DNA from: Mobula hypostoma
Lineage: Eukaryota
Length of the DNA: 64,000 nt
Direction of reading: 5' to 3'
NCBI RefSeq assembly: GCF_963921235.1
Contig: NC_086097.1
Coordinates: forward strand, 174,098,001 to 174,162,000
The notes beneath the pieces were generated by a model. It made no database searches and was not told where the DNA came from. It worked only from the letters and a program-made list of their open reading frames with translations. Each line of letters begins with the position of its first letter. The stretch's first letter is position 1. The position numbers and the translations under genes are program-made. Below are positions 24,065 through 37,588 of this stretch, piece by piece.

Positions 24065-24835
24065 TCATAGAACACTACAATACAGAAACAGGCCTTCAGG
24101 TTATCTAGTCCATACCAAACTAATGAATAGCCAAATTCCATAGATCTGCACCCAGACTATAGCCCTCCATATCTCTTCAAGTCAGGTACCCGTCCAAATG
24201 TATCTTAAATATTGAAATCCATCACACTGCTGGCAGCTCGTTCCATACTCTCGTCACTTGCTGAGTGAAGAAATTCCTCCTCGTATTCTTCCCCTTTAAC
24301 ATTTCACCTTTCACACTTTACCCATTACCTTTAGTTCTGGTCTCACCCAACCACAGTGGAAAATCTTGCCTGCATTTACCCAATCTATATCCCTCATAAT
24401 TTTGTATGCCTCCCCTCATTCTTCTACGTTCCAGGAAGTAACATCCTAACCTATTCAACTTTTCCCTACTACTCAGTCCTCAAGTCCTGACAAAATCCTT
24501 GTAAATGTTCTCTGCACTCTTTCAATCTTATTGATCTCTTCCCTGTAGATAGGTGACAAAACTGCATATAATACTTAAAATTAGACTTCAATGCCTTGTA
24601 CTTCAACACAGCATCCCAACACTTGTACTCACTACTTTGATTTATGAGGGTCAATGTGCCAAAAGCTTTCTTTACGACCCAATCTCCCTGTGATGCCACT
24701 TCTAAGGAATTATGGATCTGTATTCTCAGATCCCTCTGTTCTGCCACACTAATCAGTGCCCATCTGCTCATTGTGTAAATCCTATTCCGGTTTGTCCTCC
24801 CAAAGTGCAACACTTCACACTTGTATGCATTAAAG
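24065..24835 (-). mobile_element. CR1 LINE 3' fragment
   Basis: ORF 24469-24813 (MLHFGRTN...EQRDL); catagaac tail. Confidence 0.8.
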
Positions 24836-26516
24836 TTTTAAAAAAAGTTGAAATGATATTCATTTTTTTCCATTCAAAACTAATGAATCCAATAACCTAA
24901 ATAGAATCAATGAAATACTGCACCAACAAGGCAGACAACCAGTGCAAAAGATAACAAATTGTGCAAATACTAACAGAAAGAGAAAAAAATAATAAATGAG
25001 TAAGCAATAAATATCGAAAACATGAGATGAAGAGTTCTTGAAAGTAAGTCCATAGGTTGTGGGAACAGTTTAGTAATGGGGCAAATGAAGGTGAGTTAAG
25101 TTATTCCCCTTGGTTCAAGAGCTTGATGGTTGAGGGGTAACAACTATTACTGAGCAACACACAAAATGCTGGAGGAACTAAGCAGGCCAGGCAGCATCTA
25201 TGGAAAAGAGTAAATAGTTGACATTTTGTGCCAAGACACTTCATCAGGACCTGAGAGTCCTGAGGCTCCTCGACTTTCTTCCTGATAGCAGCAGTGAGAA
25301 GAGAGCATGACCAGGGTGGTTGAGGTGGTGAGGTGTCCTTGATGATAGATGCTACTTTTTTGTGTCACAGCCCCATGTGGATCTGCTCAGTGATTGGGGA
25401 GGACTTCACCTGTGATGAACTGGACCGTATCCACTACTTGTAGGATTTTCTGTTCGAGTGCATTGGTGTTTCCATACCAGGCTGTATGGTTGGCCATGTA
25501 GAAAACATCCACTACCTTATCTTCATCAACTTTCCTGGTAACTTTTTGAAAAATTCTGTATGATTTCTTAGACGTGACCTACCATGCACAAAGCCATGTT
25601 GGCTGTCCTATGTTGACTTGTTGCTTTAATTTTGGCAGTCTATAGATCTCACACTGACCTCAGCCATTTCAGAACCCTGGCTGGAGTAACAAAATGGAGA
25701 CATAAGACTAAATAGAACCCACAGAATGGGAGTCAAAGCCAATCCTCCTCAACCCCAAGAAATTGCCATATAACAAGCACACTTCAAAGTTGCTTTGTTG
25801 CCTGAAGTGCTCAAGGCTTCCTGATATTATGAAAGGTGCACTAGAAACTTTTACCTTGTAATAATGTTGTTGAGGTCAACAAGTAAAGTCTAATTTTTTG
25901 ATTAATGCCGTGGTATGTTTTGATTATATTTGGAGGTAGGAAAGATATCATAATGTCTCATCTAGGACTCCCTTCCACAATTATACTCTGTGTTCTTTAC
26001 TGCTGTATCAGCTTAGAATTTACCTCTTAAATCTCATTAGTTGGATGATCTAGAATAACACTAGAAAATCTAGAAATACTCATCAAGCATGGCAGCTTTT
26101 GAGATGGAAGCAAAATCTTTCATGTTGATGAACTTCCATTCGTGGGAAAGCCTGTTGCAGCATTTTATATCTGTCAAGTGTGTTGAGGGAGCAATTTGAA
26201 CTGTATCTCATTAAGGGACAAAATTTCACTGATACCTTGTATGTGCAGCAGGTATAGTTGTAACTTTGGAGCAAGGTAAGGACTTGATTGATAGTGAGAG
26301 TAAAGATGATTCTATGTCAGATGTTGCAGAAATATTTGCACCATTTTGCAGGCAGCGTCTGCAGTTTTGTAGAGCGGTTTGATGAAGTGGTGTGCTCAAA
26401 GGGAGCCACCTTTATCGTGTTCTCTTACCCAGAGGCCAGTAAGTTGATTGCTAGGATTTCAGCTTTTTCTGTGAACAGAGTACTATTGCCTTTGGTCACA
26501 TTGCTTTTTGATGCAG

Positions 26517-26578
26517 CTCGTCTTCTCCGTTCTGTACTGAAACCAAAAGTTATTCTGCTTCAGCGGAATATGCAGCAG
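26517..26578 (+). CDS. Candidate exon 2 (SSSSPFCTETKSYSASAEYAA), phase 2 to 1
   Basis: ttgctttttgatgcAG acceptor and CAG|gtatgt donor; open in the phase required by exon 1. Confidence 0.4.
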
Positions 26579-26662
26579 GTATGTCAGTCTTGGCAACAAG
26601 TCATGTAAGCGAATGCCTGGTGTAAATGATGGCCTCTTTTTTTTGATATTTTACTGTACCAG

Positions 26663-26744
26663 CTGCATTTGATCCACTATTTGTTGCCAACACATGCGTA
26701 GTTGATGACAGACCTAACGATTACAGCATGCAACTTATACAGGT
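26663..26744 (+). CDS. Candidate exon 3 (AAFDPLFVANTCVVDDRPNDYSMQLIQ)
   Basis: 84-nt intron with a T-rich acceptor; only the phase-1 frame is open, matching exon 2; gtaagt donor at 26745. Confidence 0.4.
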
Positions 26745-27480
26745 GTAAGTGAAAACTATGTGCCTACAGTGAAAGTTATCTTGCTACAAAATCTGAGCTG
26801 AAATGACTGTTTCACTTATGGTGTGGAGATGATCTGCTACACATCAGACCATTTTGACATCAGTAAAGGACAGCACTTAGTACTTGCTATATGTAAAATG
26901 GAGGATCCAAAGCAGATGATTGCATTAAGGCTGGACTGTTCTTGCATGGAACTACAATTTCAGTATTCCACTTGGTATGTAATCATTAAAAAAAAGTGGT
27001 GTGCTACTTTGAACTACTGCAAGCTGCTTGATTAAGGTTCTCCTACATACTCTCATCTTGTGTGTTGGAGATGTTAGAAAAACTTCAGGAATTCCTGAAG
27101 TGAATCTCTGTTGAATGAAGGCCAGTTCTACAGAACTTCTCCGTTGTAGGGTAGACTTTTCATTCCAGTAATCATTTCTATCATTGAAACATTGTGGCCT
27201 CTTTAAGGGAGTTTAATCTTTTTTAGGCAGACAAAACTACATGTAATGTAATAGCACATTAAATCCTGAAGATGAGCAGTTATGTGTGTAAACTTGGTGA
27301 ATAATGTAACATCATCCAAGGTGCTGCACGCCAGCTGCCCTGAATATATTGTTGGATAGTGACCAACATGGGACCCAGATTTAAACCATTTTAAACCCTT
27401 TAGATTTTTTTGTCACTCTCTTGAGATTGTATGTTGCTTGGATGGGGTTGATGATCTTTTTCTCTGTTATATTTATGTGC

Positions 27481-28340
27481 TGTGACGAGAATACACATAA
27501 AATTAAGATGTTTGCTGGCCTGGGTTAGCATCAGTGACATCAGCAAGTGGTCTGCCACCTGTCCTCAGGGGAAGGAGAGATAAGGAACAATGGACGCGTC
27601 TGGAGATGTGTAATGAAGGGACGGGGGAGAGAGAGCTGTCTGGAGCAGCTCCCCCTTTGAACCTTGAACTGTTTGAAGTGATGGACAGGCGATACTCCAG
27701 CAGGGGGATAAAAAGGGACAGGTTTGCTAAGGCAGCACACACACGACACCCGAGGTAACGAGACCCTGGAAGCGGTGCGCCTCTCACAAGTCGGTGGGAA
27801 GTATCGGACAACGCACAGGGTGGAAAGGTACGATCAGCGGGAACCCGGTGTGTGTCCGCCCTTGCTTGGGTGCCGGGTTCACTGCAGAGGATCGACCGCA
27901 TCTGGAGGAGGGGTCACAGTCGGTGACCTCAGGTGACATCACCAAGGACCTGCCCAAAAGCTGCTTGTGAGCCATAGCGCCGGTCTGTGAGTGGAAGCCG
28001 TGTCTGAATGATCAGTCGTTCCCGTTCTCTCTCTCTCTCCCCCCCACGTTGTCCATCGCCATGGCAACGATTACTGCGAACTGAACTAAATTGGACTGAA
28101 CTTTTGTGTCACTTTGAAATTTGGTCATTTACCCCTAGACAACGATAGAGCTTGATTGATGCTGTTATCTTAATTCTGTGCACATGTGTGTTTATCATTG
28201 CTGAACTGTTGCATTTATTATCCTTTCGATTACTGTGTTGCTTGTTTCTTTAATAAAACTTCCTTAGTTCTAGTAATCCAGACTCCAACTGAGTGATCCA
28301 TTTCTGCTGGTTTGGCAACTCAGTTACGGGGTACGTAACA
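27481..28340 (+). mobile_element. Solo LTR, 860 bp, 4-bp TSD
   Basis: TGTGACG...CGTAACA inverted termini; TSD gtgc at 27477-27480 and 28341-28344; GATAAAA box ~27707; AATAAA at 28252; CpG-rich. Confidence 0.9.
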
Positions 28341-28644
28341 GTGCCTTATCTTGCAGTACAGTACTCTCTTTGCACTACTTCGTGCCGGTATAGATTATGC
28401 ATTGATATTCTGCAGTGGGGTTTGAAGGCTGAATCTTCTGGTGTGGGAATTACATCTGGAAATTTCTAAGCCTAGGAAGAGTATCATCACTCAAAGGTAT
28501 TCACACAAGTTTTGACCTGTATTATTTTTTTGTGAAGATTATGGGCCATTTGATTCCAATTATGTTTATAATTGAGTTGCCTTGTATTTAAGTTCATATA
28601 TTTTCTGAACATTTTTAAGATAAAGAGATGCAGAGGATACTATA

Positions 28645-31600
28645 CAGGTGTCCCCCCGCTTTTCGAACGTTCGCTTTATGAAACCTCGCTGTTATGAAAG
28701 ACCTACATTAGTAGACAATAGGTGCAGGAGTAGGTCATTCGGCCCTTCGAGCCAGCACCGTCATTCACTGTGATCATGGCTGATCATCCACTATCAGTAT
28801 CCAGTTCCTGCCTTATCCCCATAACCTTTGATTCCACTATCTTTAAGAGCTCTATCCATCTCTTTTTTTTAAAGCATCCAGATACTTGGCCTCCACAGCC
28901 TTCTGGGGCAGAGCATTCCATATATCCACCACTCTCTGGGTGAAAAAGTTTTTCCTCAACTCCATTCTAAATGGCCTACCCCTAATTCTCAAACTGTGGC
29001 CTCTGATTCTGGACTCACCGATCAGCGGGAACATGCTTCCTGCCTGCAGCGTGTCCAATCCCTTAATAATCTTACATGTTTCAATAAGATCCCCTCTCAG
29101 CCTTCTAAATTCCAGAGTATACAAGCCCAGTCGCTCCAATCTTTTGACATATGACAGTCCCGCCATCCCGGGAATTAACCTTGTGAACCTACGCTGCACT
29201 CCCTCAATAGCAAGAATGTCCTTCCTCAAATTTGGAGACCAAAACTGCACACAGTACTCCAGGTGTGGTCTCACCAGGGCCCTGTACAGCTGCAGAAGGA
29301 CTTCTTTGCTCTTATACTAAATTCCCCTTGTTATGAAGGCCAGCATGCCATTAGCTTTTTTCACTGCCTGCTGTACTTGCATGCTTGCTTTCAGTGACTG
29401 ATGTACAAGAACACCTAGATCTCATTGTGCTTCCCCTTTTCCTAACTTGACTCCATTCAGATAATAATCTGCCTTCCCGTTCTTACCACCAAAGTGGATA
29501 ACCTCACATTTATCCACATTAAACTGCATCTGCCATGCATCTGCCCACTCACCCAGCCTGTCCAAGTCACCCTGCATTCTCATAACATCCTCCTCACATT
29601 TCACACTGCCTCCCAGCTTTGTGTCATCGGCAAATTTGCTAATGTTACTTTTAATTCCCTCATCTAAATCATTAATGTATATTGTAAACAGCTGCGGTCC
29701 CAGCACTGAACCCGGCGGTGCCCCACTGGTCACCGCCTGCCATTCCGAAAGGGACCCGTTAATCGCTACTGTTTGTTTTCTGTCAGCCAGCCAATTTTCA
29801 GTCCATGTCAGTACTCTGCCCCCAATACCATGTGCCCTAATTTTGCCCACTAATCTCCTATGTGGGACTTTATCAAAGGCTTTCTGAAAGTCCAGGTACA
29901 CTACATTCACTGGCTCTCCCTTGTCCATTTACATAGTTACATCCTCAAAAAATTCCAGAAGATTAGTCAAGCACGATTTCCCCTTCATATGTCCATGCTG
30001 ACTTGGACCAATCCTGTTACTACTATCCAGATGTGTCATAATTTCATCTTTTATAATTGACTCCAGCATCTTTCCCACCACCGACGTCAGGCTAACCGGT
30101 CTATAATTCCCTGTTTTCTCTCTTCCTCCCTTCTTGAAGAGAGGGACAACATTGGCCACCCTCCAATCCACAGGAACTGCTCCTGAATCTATAGAACAGT
30201 GGAAAATGATTACCAATGCATCCACGATTTCTAAAGCCACCTCCTTAAGTACCCTGGGATGCAGACCATCGGGTCCCGGGGACTTATCGGCCTTCAGACC
30301 CAACAGCCTATCCAACACCATTTCCTTCAGTTCATCCATTACCCTAGGTCCTTTGGCCACTATTACATCTGGGAGATTGTTTGTGTCTTCCCTAGTGAAG
30401 ACAGAGCCAAAGTACCTGTTCAACTCGTCTGCCATTTTCTTGTTCCCCATAATAAATTCACCTGCTTCTGTCTTCAAGGGCCCGATTTTGGTCTTAAATA
30501 TTTTTTTTCCTTTTCACATACCTAAAGAAGCTTCTACTATCCTCCTTTATATTCTTGGCTAGTTTACCTTGTACCTCATTTTCTCTCCATGTATTGCCTT
30601 TTTAGTTGCCTTCTGTTGCTCTTTAAAAGTTTCCCAATCCTCCGGCTTCCCACTCATCTTTGCTATGTTATACTTCTCTTTTATTTTTATACTGTCTATT
30701 ACTTCCCTTGTCAGCCACAGCCTCCCCTTACTCCTCTTAGGGTCTTTCTTCTTCTTTGGAACGAACTCATCCTGCTCCTTCCGCATTATTCGAAGAAACA
30801 CTTGCCATTGCTGTTCCACTGTCATCCCTGCTAGGGTATTGTTCCATTGAACTTTGGCCAGCTCCTCTCTCATAGCACCATAGTTCCCTTTGTTCAACTG
30901 TAATAATGACACTTACGAGTTTCCCTTCTCCCTCTCAAATTGTAGATTAAAACTTATCATATTATGGTCACTATCTCCTAATGGCTCCTTTACCTCGAGG
31001 TCCCTGATCAAATCCGGTTCATTGCACAACATAAATCTAGAATTGCGTTCTCTCTGGTAGGCTCCAGTACAAGCTGTTCTAAGAATCCATCTCGGAGGGA
31101 CTCCACAAACTCCCTTTCTTGGGGTCCAGTACCAACCTGATTCCTCCAGTCTACCTGCAGATTGAAGTCCCCCATAACAACTGTAGCATTACCTTTGCGA
31201 CATGCCAATTTTAACTCTTGATTCAACTTACACCCTACATCCAGACTACTGTTTGGGGGCCTGTAGATAACTCCCATTAGGGTCTTTCTACCCTTAGAAT
31301 TTCTCAGTTCTATCCATACTGACTCTACGTCTCTTGATTCTGTGTCCCCCCTCGCAAGGGACTGAATATCATTCCTCACCAACAGAGCCACCCCACCCCC
31401 TCTGCATATCAGCCTGTCCTTTCGATAGGACGTATATCCTTGAATATTCATTTCCCAGGCCCTGTCCACTTGAAGCCATGTCTCTTATTCCCACAACATC
31501 ATACTTACCAATTTCCAACTGTGCCTCAAGCTCATCCACTTTATTTCTTATACTCCATGCATTCATATACAATACTTTTAATTCATTACTCCCCTGACCT

Positions 31601-31837
31601 CCCCTATCAATTCCTATATCACTTGGCCATACTGTACGATCCCTTCTTGAGCTTTCTGCTCTGTTGATTCTGCTGTCATTCTTAACTTTTCTTATTCTCA
31701 CTTTCCCTTTATCTCCATCCTTATGTTTCCAGTTCGTCCCCCGTCCCCCCACTACTTAGCTTAAACACACCCGTGTTGCAGAGGCTTATGAACCGTTTCA
31801 TAGGAACGCTGTACCTTCCGATGGCAGGGGAAACCTG
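28645..31837 (+). mobile_element. Tigger/pogo-type element ends (copy A), interior replaced by CR1
   Basis: TA|caggtgtccccccgc...ggggaaacctg|TA; both ends match copies B and C. Confidence 0.85.
28713..31785 (-). mobile_element. Young CR1 LINE, near-complete ORF2 with frameshifts
   Basis: APE (LKVLYMNAWSIRNK, GDFN) at 31008-31752; RT (YLDFQKAFDKV, FADD) at 29422-30477; C-terminus at 28852-29274. Confidence 0.95.
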
Positions 31838-32381
31838 TATATGAAGTACAGGACAGAAATTTGTCAATCATTCCACTTAATGACTACTGTTTAATGGTAT
31901 ATACCTCTTTCTGTTCTATGGAAATTTATCAGCATAATTTTTTATTTCTGTTGCATTACTGTATTCATCTCAATTTTATTTAAATGCATCTATATCATAC
32001 GTCTCAAACAGTCAATATAGTAAGGAGATCTACATTCTTTCCATGCACTTGATAGTTAAATTTTTCTTGAATTTCTTGTTGGATTTATAATTTTTGTATT
32101 TGTTTCCACATTTCTGAATTTGGCATTTGGGCTAATGTCTCTGCTGACTCTCAGATCATTTCCATCAGTTCCATTTTCTCATTTAGTTCCCTGTAACATA
32201 TATACAGATATACAGATTCTGCAGTATAAAACCTTTGTCTCAATAGATCAAATTGTCCAGCTAAAATAATCATGTCCCTGAATTGGAGCACTGAACTTCA
32301 GTGCACCACGGGAAACTTATTAGGGAAATAAAACTGATAGTTAAAAAGGATCTTTTGCTTTCTCAGCGTATAAGACATATT

Positions 32382-32547
32382 AACTCTTCTCAGGCTTCCA
32401 GCTGGGTCCAGGTGTTGATTTCAATCAACGTTTTAATGACAAACTTTGCCGTCTCCATCAGGAATCCCTGATGAAGATTACGGAGTTTGTCATTGAAATA
32501 TCATTTAAAGTTGATACCTGGACCCGGCTGGAAGCCTGAGAAGAGTT
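32382..32547. mobile_element. Palindromic PLE-derived element with head-to-head hammerhead motifs
   Basis: aactcttctcaggcttccagctgggtccagg...cctggacccggctggaagcctgagaagagtt; centre catcagg-aat-ccctgatga. Confidence 0.85.
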
Positions 32548-33369
32548 TAAAACTGATAGTTACCAAGGTAAAACACACAGACAGATGTGATTCAGTGCTA
32601 TGATTTAAATATAAGATACATGAAAAATGTTTGTGTGGGTTATGTTATGCTGAGTACTTGTTTGTTTACAGTCTACAATAGCTTAGGTGGAGGAACCAAC
32701 ATTAATGTTTCCAACTTGGGGCCCAGTATAACATATTTGAAGTTGTTGATGGTAGTTTAAAAGAAAGAGCTCAGGGCACAAAATCTGCAAAGACGTAGGA
32801 GCAGGCTGATGAATGGGCAAAATGCACCGTGCATGTAGAGAAGCATTAGGCTGTATACTTTAGTAAAAAGAATTTTTAAAGACTGTTAATTACATTCGGC
32901 ATTAAATGTTGATGTTTAGGCAGATCTGCGTATATGAGACACAAATTTAGCATACAGGAACAAATAATTACGAAGGCCTGAGCAAGGACTTGGTCCTGCT
33001 GCAATAGGTCAGAATCCAAGTTTAGTATCATTGGCATATATCGTGAAACTTATTATTTCATGGAACAGTACAGTGCAATACATAATAAATAAAAACATTA
33101 CAATAATAAAGTGTATATATAAAGTTAAATAAGTAGTGCAGAAAGAGCAAAGAAGTGTGATAGTGTCCATTCAGAAATCGAATGGTGGCATGGAAGAAGC
33201 TGTTGTATACATAGACTAATTGTATGTACATGAAGTGATGCTAGGTGATGTGTATGAAGTGTTGGTGGAGTGAGTTAATGGATGGAGGTGATGATCAACC
33301 TGATGGCTTTGGGGAAGTAACTGTTTGAGAGTATAGTGGGTGCTGAATAGCCTCTTCCCTGAATGGCAA

Positions 33370-33890
33370 TCACAAAGAAGGCATACAACAGCTATATTTA
33401 TTTAGGATTTTGAGAAGGTTTGGTGTGTCATCCAAGAGTCTTACAAATTTCTATAGATGTATGGTGGAGAGCAATCTGACTGGATCCATTTCAGCTTGGT
33501 TTGGAAGCTCCAATATACAGGATTGCAAGAGGCTGCAGAGGGTTCCAGACTCATCCAGAGGCACAGCTCCCCTCACCTTGAGGATATCTTCAAGAAGCGG
33601 TGCTCAAGAAGGTGGCATTCATTATTTAAGGACCCTCACCAACTGGGTTATGCCCTCTTCTCGTTACTACCCTCAGGGAAACAGTGCAGGAGCCTGAAAA
33701 TCCACACTAATGATTCAGGAGCAGCTTTTTCCCTTCCATCATCAGATTTCTGAATTGATCATGAATTCCTGAACTTTTTATTATTATCATTATTCCTTAT
33801 TCCTTTTTTTTGCATTGGTTATTTTGCACTGTTTTGCTGCATAGCAACAATTTTTCACAACATATAAGACAGTGATAAACCTGATTCTGA
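33370..33890 (+). mobile_element. Rex1/Babar 3' fragment
   Basis: ORF 33410-33697 (RRFGVS..LTNFYRC..ES.LTGSISAWFG); ctgattctga tail. Confidence 0.8.
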
Positions 33891-34435
33891 AGTAGAGAAG
33901 TGTAATGGAAAATTGGAGAATGGAAGTCTTGCTGAAACTCTTCCAAGTTTAAGACCAAAAGTAGTTACAGTGTTAAATTTTGAATTATTTATTTAAAGGA
34001 GGACATACTGGCTCTTGATGTGGTGCAGGAATGCCTATTTGGTTTGATTCCTGGGAAGAAAGGATTGTCTTATAAAGAAATATTGGACAGTATAGGCCCT
34101 GTACTCTTGGGTGTAGAATAGTAAGAGATTATCATAGTGAAACACAATATTCTGAACAGGATAGATGCTGTGAGGATATTTTCCCTGGGAATAAAGGAAC
34201 ATAGTCTTGAGATAAATGGTTGAACACTTTTCAATAAGATGAGGAATTTCTTCTGGATCACAGGGCAATAGAGTTGAACTCAAAGATTGGGTCTGTTAAC
34301 AAGCTTTGTAAAAGCAAAGTAGGCTCTGGAGGCTGTAGACTAATCCCTACACTCTACTTTTTTTTTGTAAGAGGATCCATGGAGAAGTGGTTTAAGATGA
34401 TAATTGTAAAGTTACATTTCAAAATTATTATGGTA

Positions 34436-36016
34436 CAGGTGACCCCCGCTTTTCGAACGTTCGCTTTACGAAATCTCACTGTTACAAAAGACCTACATTA
34501 GTTCCCTGTTTTCGCTAACAGAAGGTATTTTCAGTTACGAAAAAAGGCAGCGTGCGAAAAATATCAGCGCGCGGAAAAATAATCAGCGCGCGCCCCTAGC
34601 AGCCGCTCTCCCCCGGATTCAGAACGGCATTCTCGCCGGCATTGCTTAAACACATGCCTGTGAGCAGCCGTTTGCAAGATGAGTTCTAAGGTATCAGAAA
34701 AGCCTGAAAGAGCTCGTAAGGGTGTTACACTTAGCGTAAAACTAGACATAATTAAGCGTTTAGATCGTGGTGAACAAAGTAAGGACAAAGTGAGTTTTGC
34801 TTGTGGAAGTTGACGAAGATGATGTTGAAGAGGTTTTGGCATTCCATGACCAAGAACTGATAGATGAAGAGCTCAAACAACAGGAATTCTGCAGATGCTG
34901 GAAATTCAAGCAACATACATCAAAGTTGCTGGTGAACGCAGCAGGCCAGGCAGCATCTATAGGAAGAAGCGGTAACAATCGAAACCGAATGAGTAATGAT
35001 AAAGTACGACTTTAATTTTGAAAGGGTATGTTGGCTTGGGGTATATTTGCAAGATGGTTTGAGTCCTTACAAAGAACGGTATGATCTAAAAATATGCGAG
35101 CCTAAGCAGTTAAGCAAGCCTTCCACATCAGCCACAGCAGACGACGAACCTCGACCTTTGACATCGAGGCGGGCAGTCATTGGAGAAGATGAGCTGCCTG
35201 CCCAAATGGAAACAGACAATGATGAGATGACACCCCAGTGTCCCACCACCCCAACCCCCAGGCCGCGGACAGATACCAATTCACGGAGAATGCAGCAGTA
35301 GCCGGGAGGCACACAGCACATCTTTAAGAAAAAAGATTGCCGATTGCGTCGCCTCTGATCTGGGCTGACATTTACCTGCTGGGCGGCACCTAATTAATTA
35401 GCATGTTTATTTCGGCTTTTTTCTTAAAGATGTGCTGAGTGTGTCCCGGCTACCGCTGTACCCCTGCATGCTTCGCAGATCGGTTTCGGGTCGCTGCCCG
35501 GAGGGTGGGGGCCACTGCACCACCCAAACTCCGACGACTCAGCCTAAAACACCATCATCAGTGTGCTCGGCGCTGACTTCTCGATTCCGGTAAGTGATAC
35601 ACTGTACATACATTATTTCTACTTTATATCGGCTGTGTATTTTTACATGTTATTTGGTATGATTTGGCAGCTTCATAGCTTAAAGGTTACTGGAGAGCGC
35701 TTGCGTGTGTTTTTGCCAACAGCGCTTGTGTGAGATTTTTCACTACGGAGAACAGTTCAGGCAATGATGGTGGAGAAGTATTTCTACTTTATATAGGCTG
35801 TGTATTTATCATATCATTCCTGCTTTTACTATGTGTTACTGTTATTTTAGGTTTTATGTGTTATTTGGCATGATTTGGTAGGTTACTTTTAGGTCTGTGA
35901 ACGCTCACAAAATTTTCCCATATAAATAAATGGTAATTGCTTCTTCGCTTTACGACATTCCGGCTTACGAACTGTTTCATAGGAACACTCTACCTTCGGA
36001 TGGTGGGAGAAACCTG
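34436..36016 (+). mobile_element. Tigger/pogo-type internally deleted element (copy B)
   Basis: TA TSD and TIRs; transposase relics MSSKVSEKPERARKGVTLSVKLDIIKRLDRGE (psq-type HTH) and acidic EVDEDDVEEVL...DFNFER. Confidence 0.85.
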
Positions 36017-37588
36017 TATCAAGAACGCTTTAGGCTGAAGAGATTTTGTTCAAAAATATCTGGAGGTGTTTTAAACAGTGTCCAGAGGATCCATCAAGCC
36101 TGTCCCCTTTAGATTTGGGGAAAAAGAATGTAAGTTGGGGCAATATCATGGTAGATAGGAAGGTCAGGTGGCAGTAAGTTTTATTATGGACAATGACATT
36201 CACAGTGGAATGTGGGAACGGTTGAATCAACACAGGCGTAAAAGTATTGTGATCAATAGAGGTTATAGGCTGAATTGATTGGAACTTTGAAAGTGCATTT
36301 GCAAGTGATTTGTTGGAAATAATTTCTTTAATCAGGGTGTGGACAGAAGAAAATAGAGTTAGAAAGAAGTTGTCTTGTGTGAAGAATATGAACACTCATG
36401 GATTGTGATGGGAAAAGGCTGTACCATAATTGAATCAAATCTTGTAGGTTATCTGTTTTTCAAATTTCCAGGGTACATTATTGAAAAAGGTATAACTGAA
36501 GACATTATATCTTTTCCTCCTATTTTTTGGTATTTTGCTTCTATTTTCAATTTTGGTTTTAGCATCAGAGACTTCAATGTGGCAGAATTTATTGGATGAA
36601 TCTAGGATAGTTTCTTGAAACAGTAGTTCAACCAGGGAATGGGCCATATCACATCTTGGACTCTGGACAAGTGATCTGAGTTCCAGTGGGAGAGCAATTT
36701 GTGTGTAGTGATTATAATTCTGTAAGTTTTAAGATATTTATGGATTAGCATCAGACTGGACCTTGGTGGAATATGTTAAATGGGTAGAAAGCTGACTACA
36801 GCAATATTAAGTAGGAAATGTAGGAGAGTATATTGGGAGCAGCTCTTATTAGGCAAGTCCACTCATGGAAATTACTTAAAGACATATTCCTGTGAAAGTG
36901 AAGGACAAGGATAGCAGGGTTTGGGAACAGTGGATGGCATGTCATGTTGCAAATTTGGTCATAAAGCTTATATTTGGGAAGCTGAAATTGAACCGGCCCC
37001 TTGAAGATTAAAAAGGAAGCAGGAAAGAACGTAAATAGGGAATGACAAATGTTAAAAAGGCACATGAACTGTCCTTGGCGAGTGAGATGAAAGAAAATCA
37101 GAAGGCCTTTTTGTACATGTATTACAAATGAGGGTTACAAGGGAAGGGGTAGGACCACTTGAATACTAAGGAGGGAATATACGCCTGGAGTCATGTTGCA
37201 AATTTGGGTGAGTTTTTAAATGGATACTTTGTCAATGAAATGAATATGAAGGTAGTGAGATCAGGGAGGGATATGCTGCTAATATAGGGCATATTAATTT
37301 TTTTAAAATTATTCATTTATGGGATGTGGGCGTCACCAGTTAAGCTAGCATTTATTGCCCATCCCTAGTTGCCCTTGAGAAGGTGGTAATGATCTGCCTT
37401 CTTGAATTGCTGCAGTCCCTGAGGTGTAGGTACAACCACAGTACTGTTAAGGAGGGAATTCCATGATTTTGACCCAGCAAGGAACGGCGATATGTTTCCA
37501 AGTTAGAATGGTGAGTCTCTTGGAGGAGGATTTCCAGCTGGTGGTGTTCTCGTATTTCTAGATGGTAGTGGTAGAGGTTTGATTGAGG

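Noticed and set aside
34679..35100. Domesticated TIGD/CENP-B-like gene
   Set aside because: DDE core missing, frames broken, flanked by TIRs, and multi-copy in the window.
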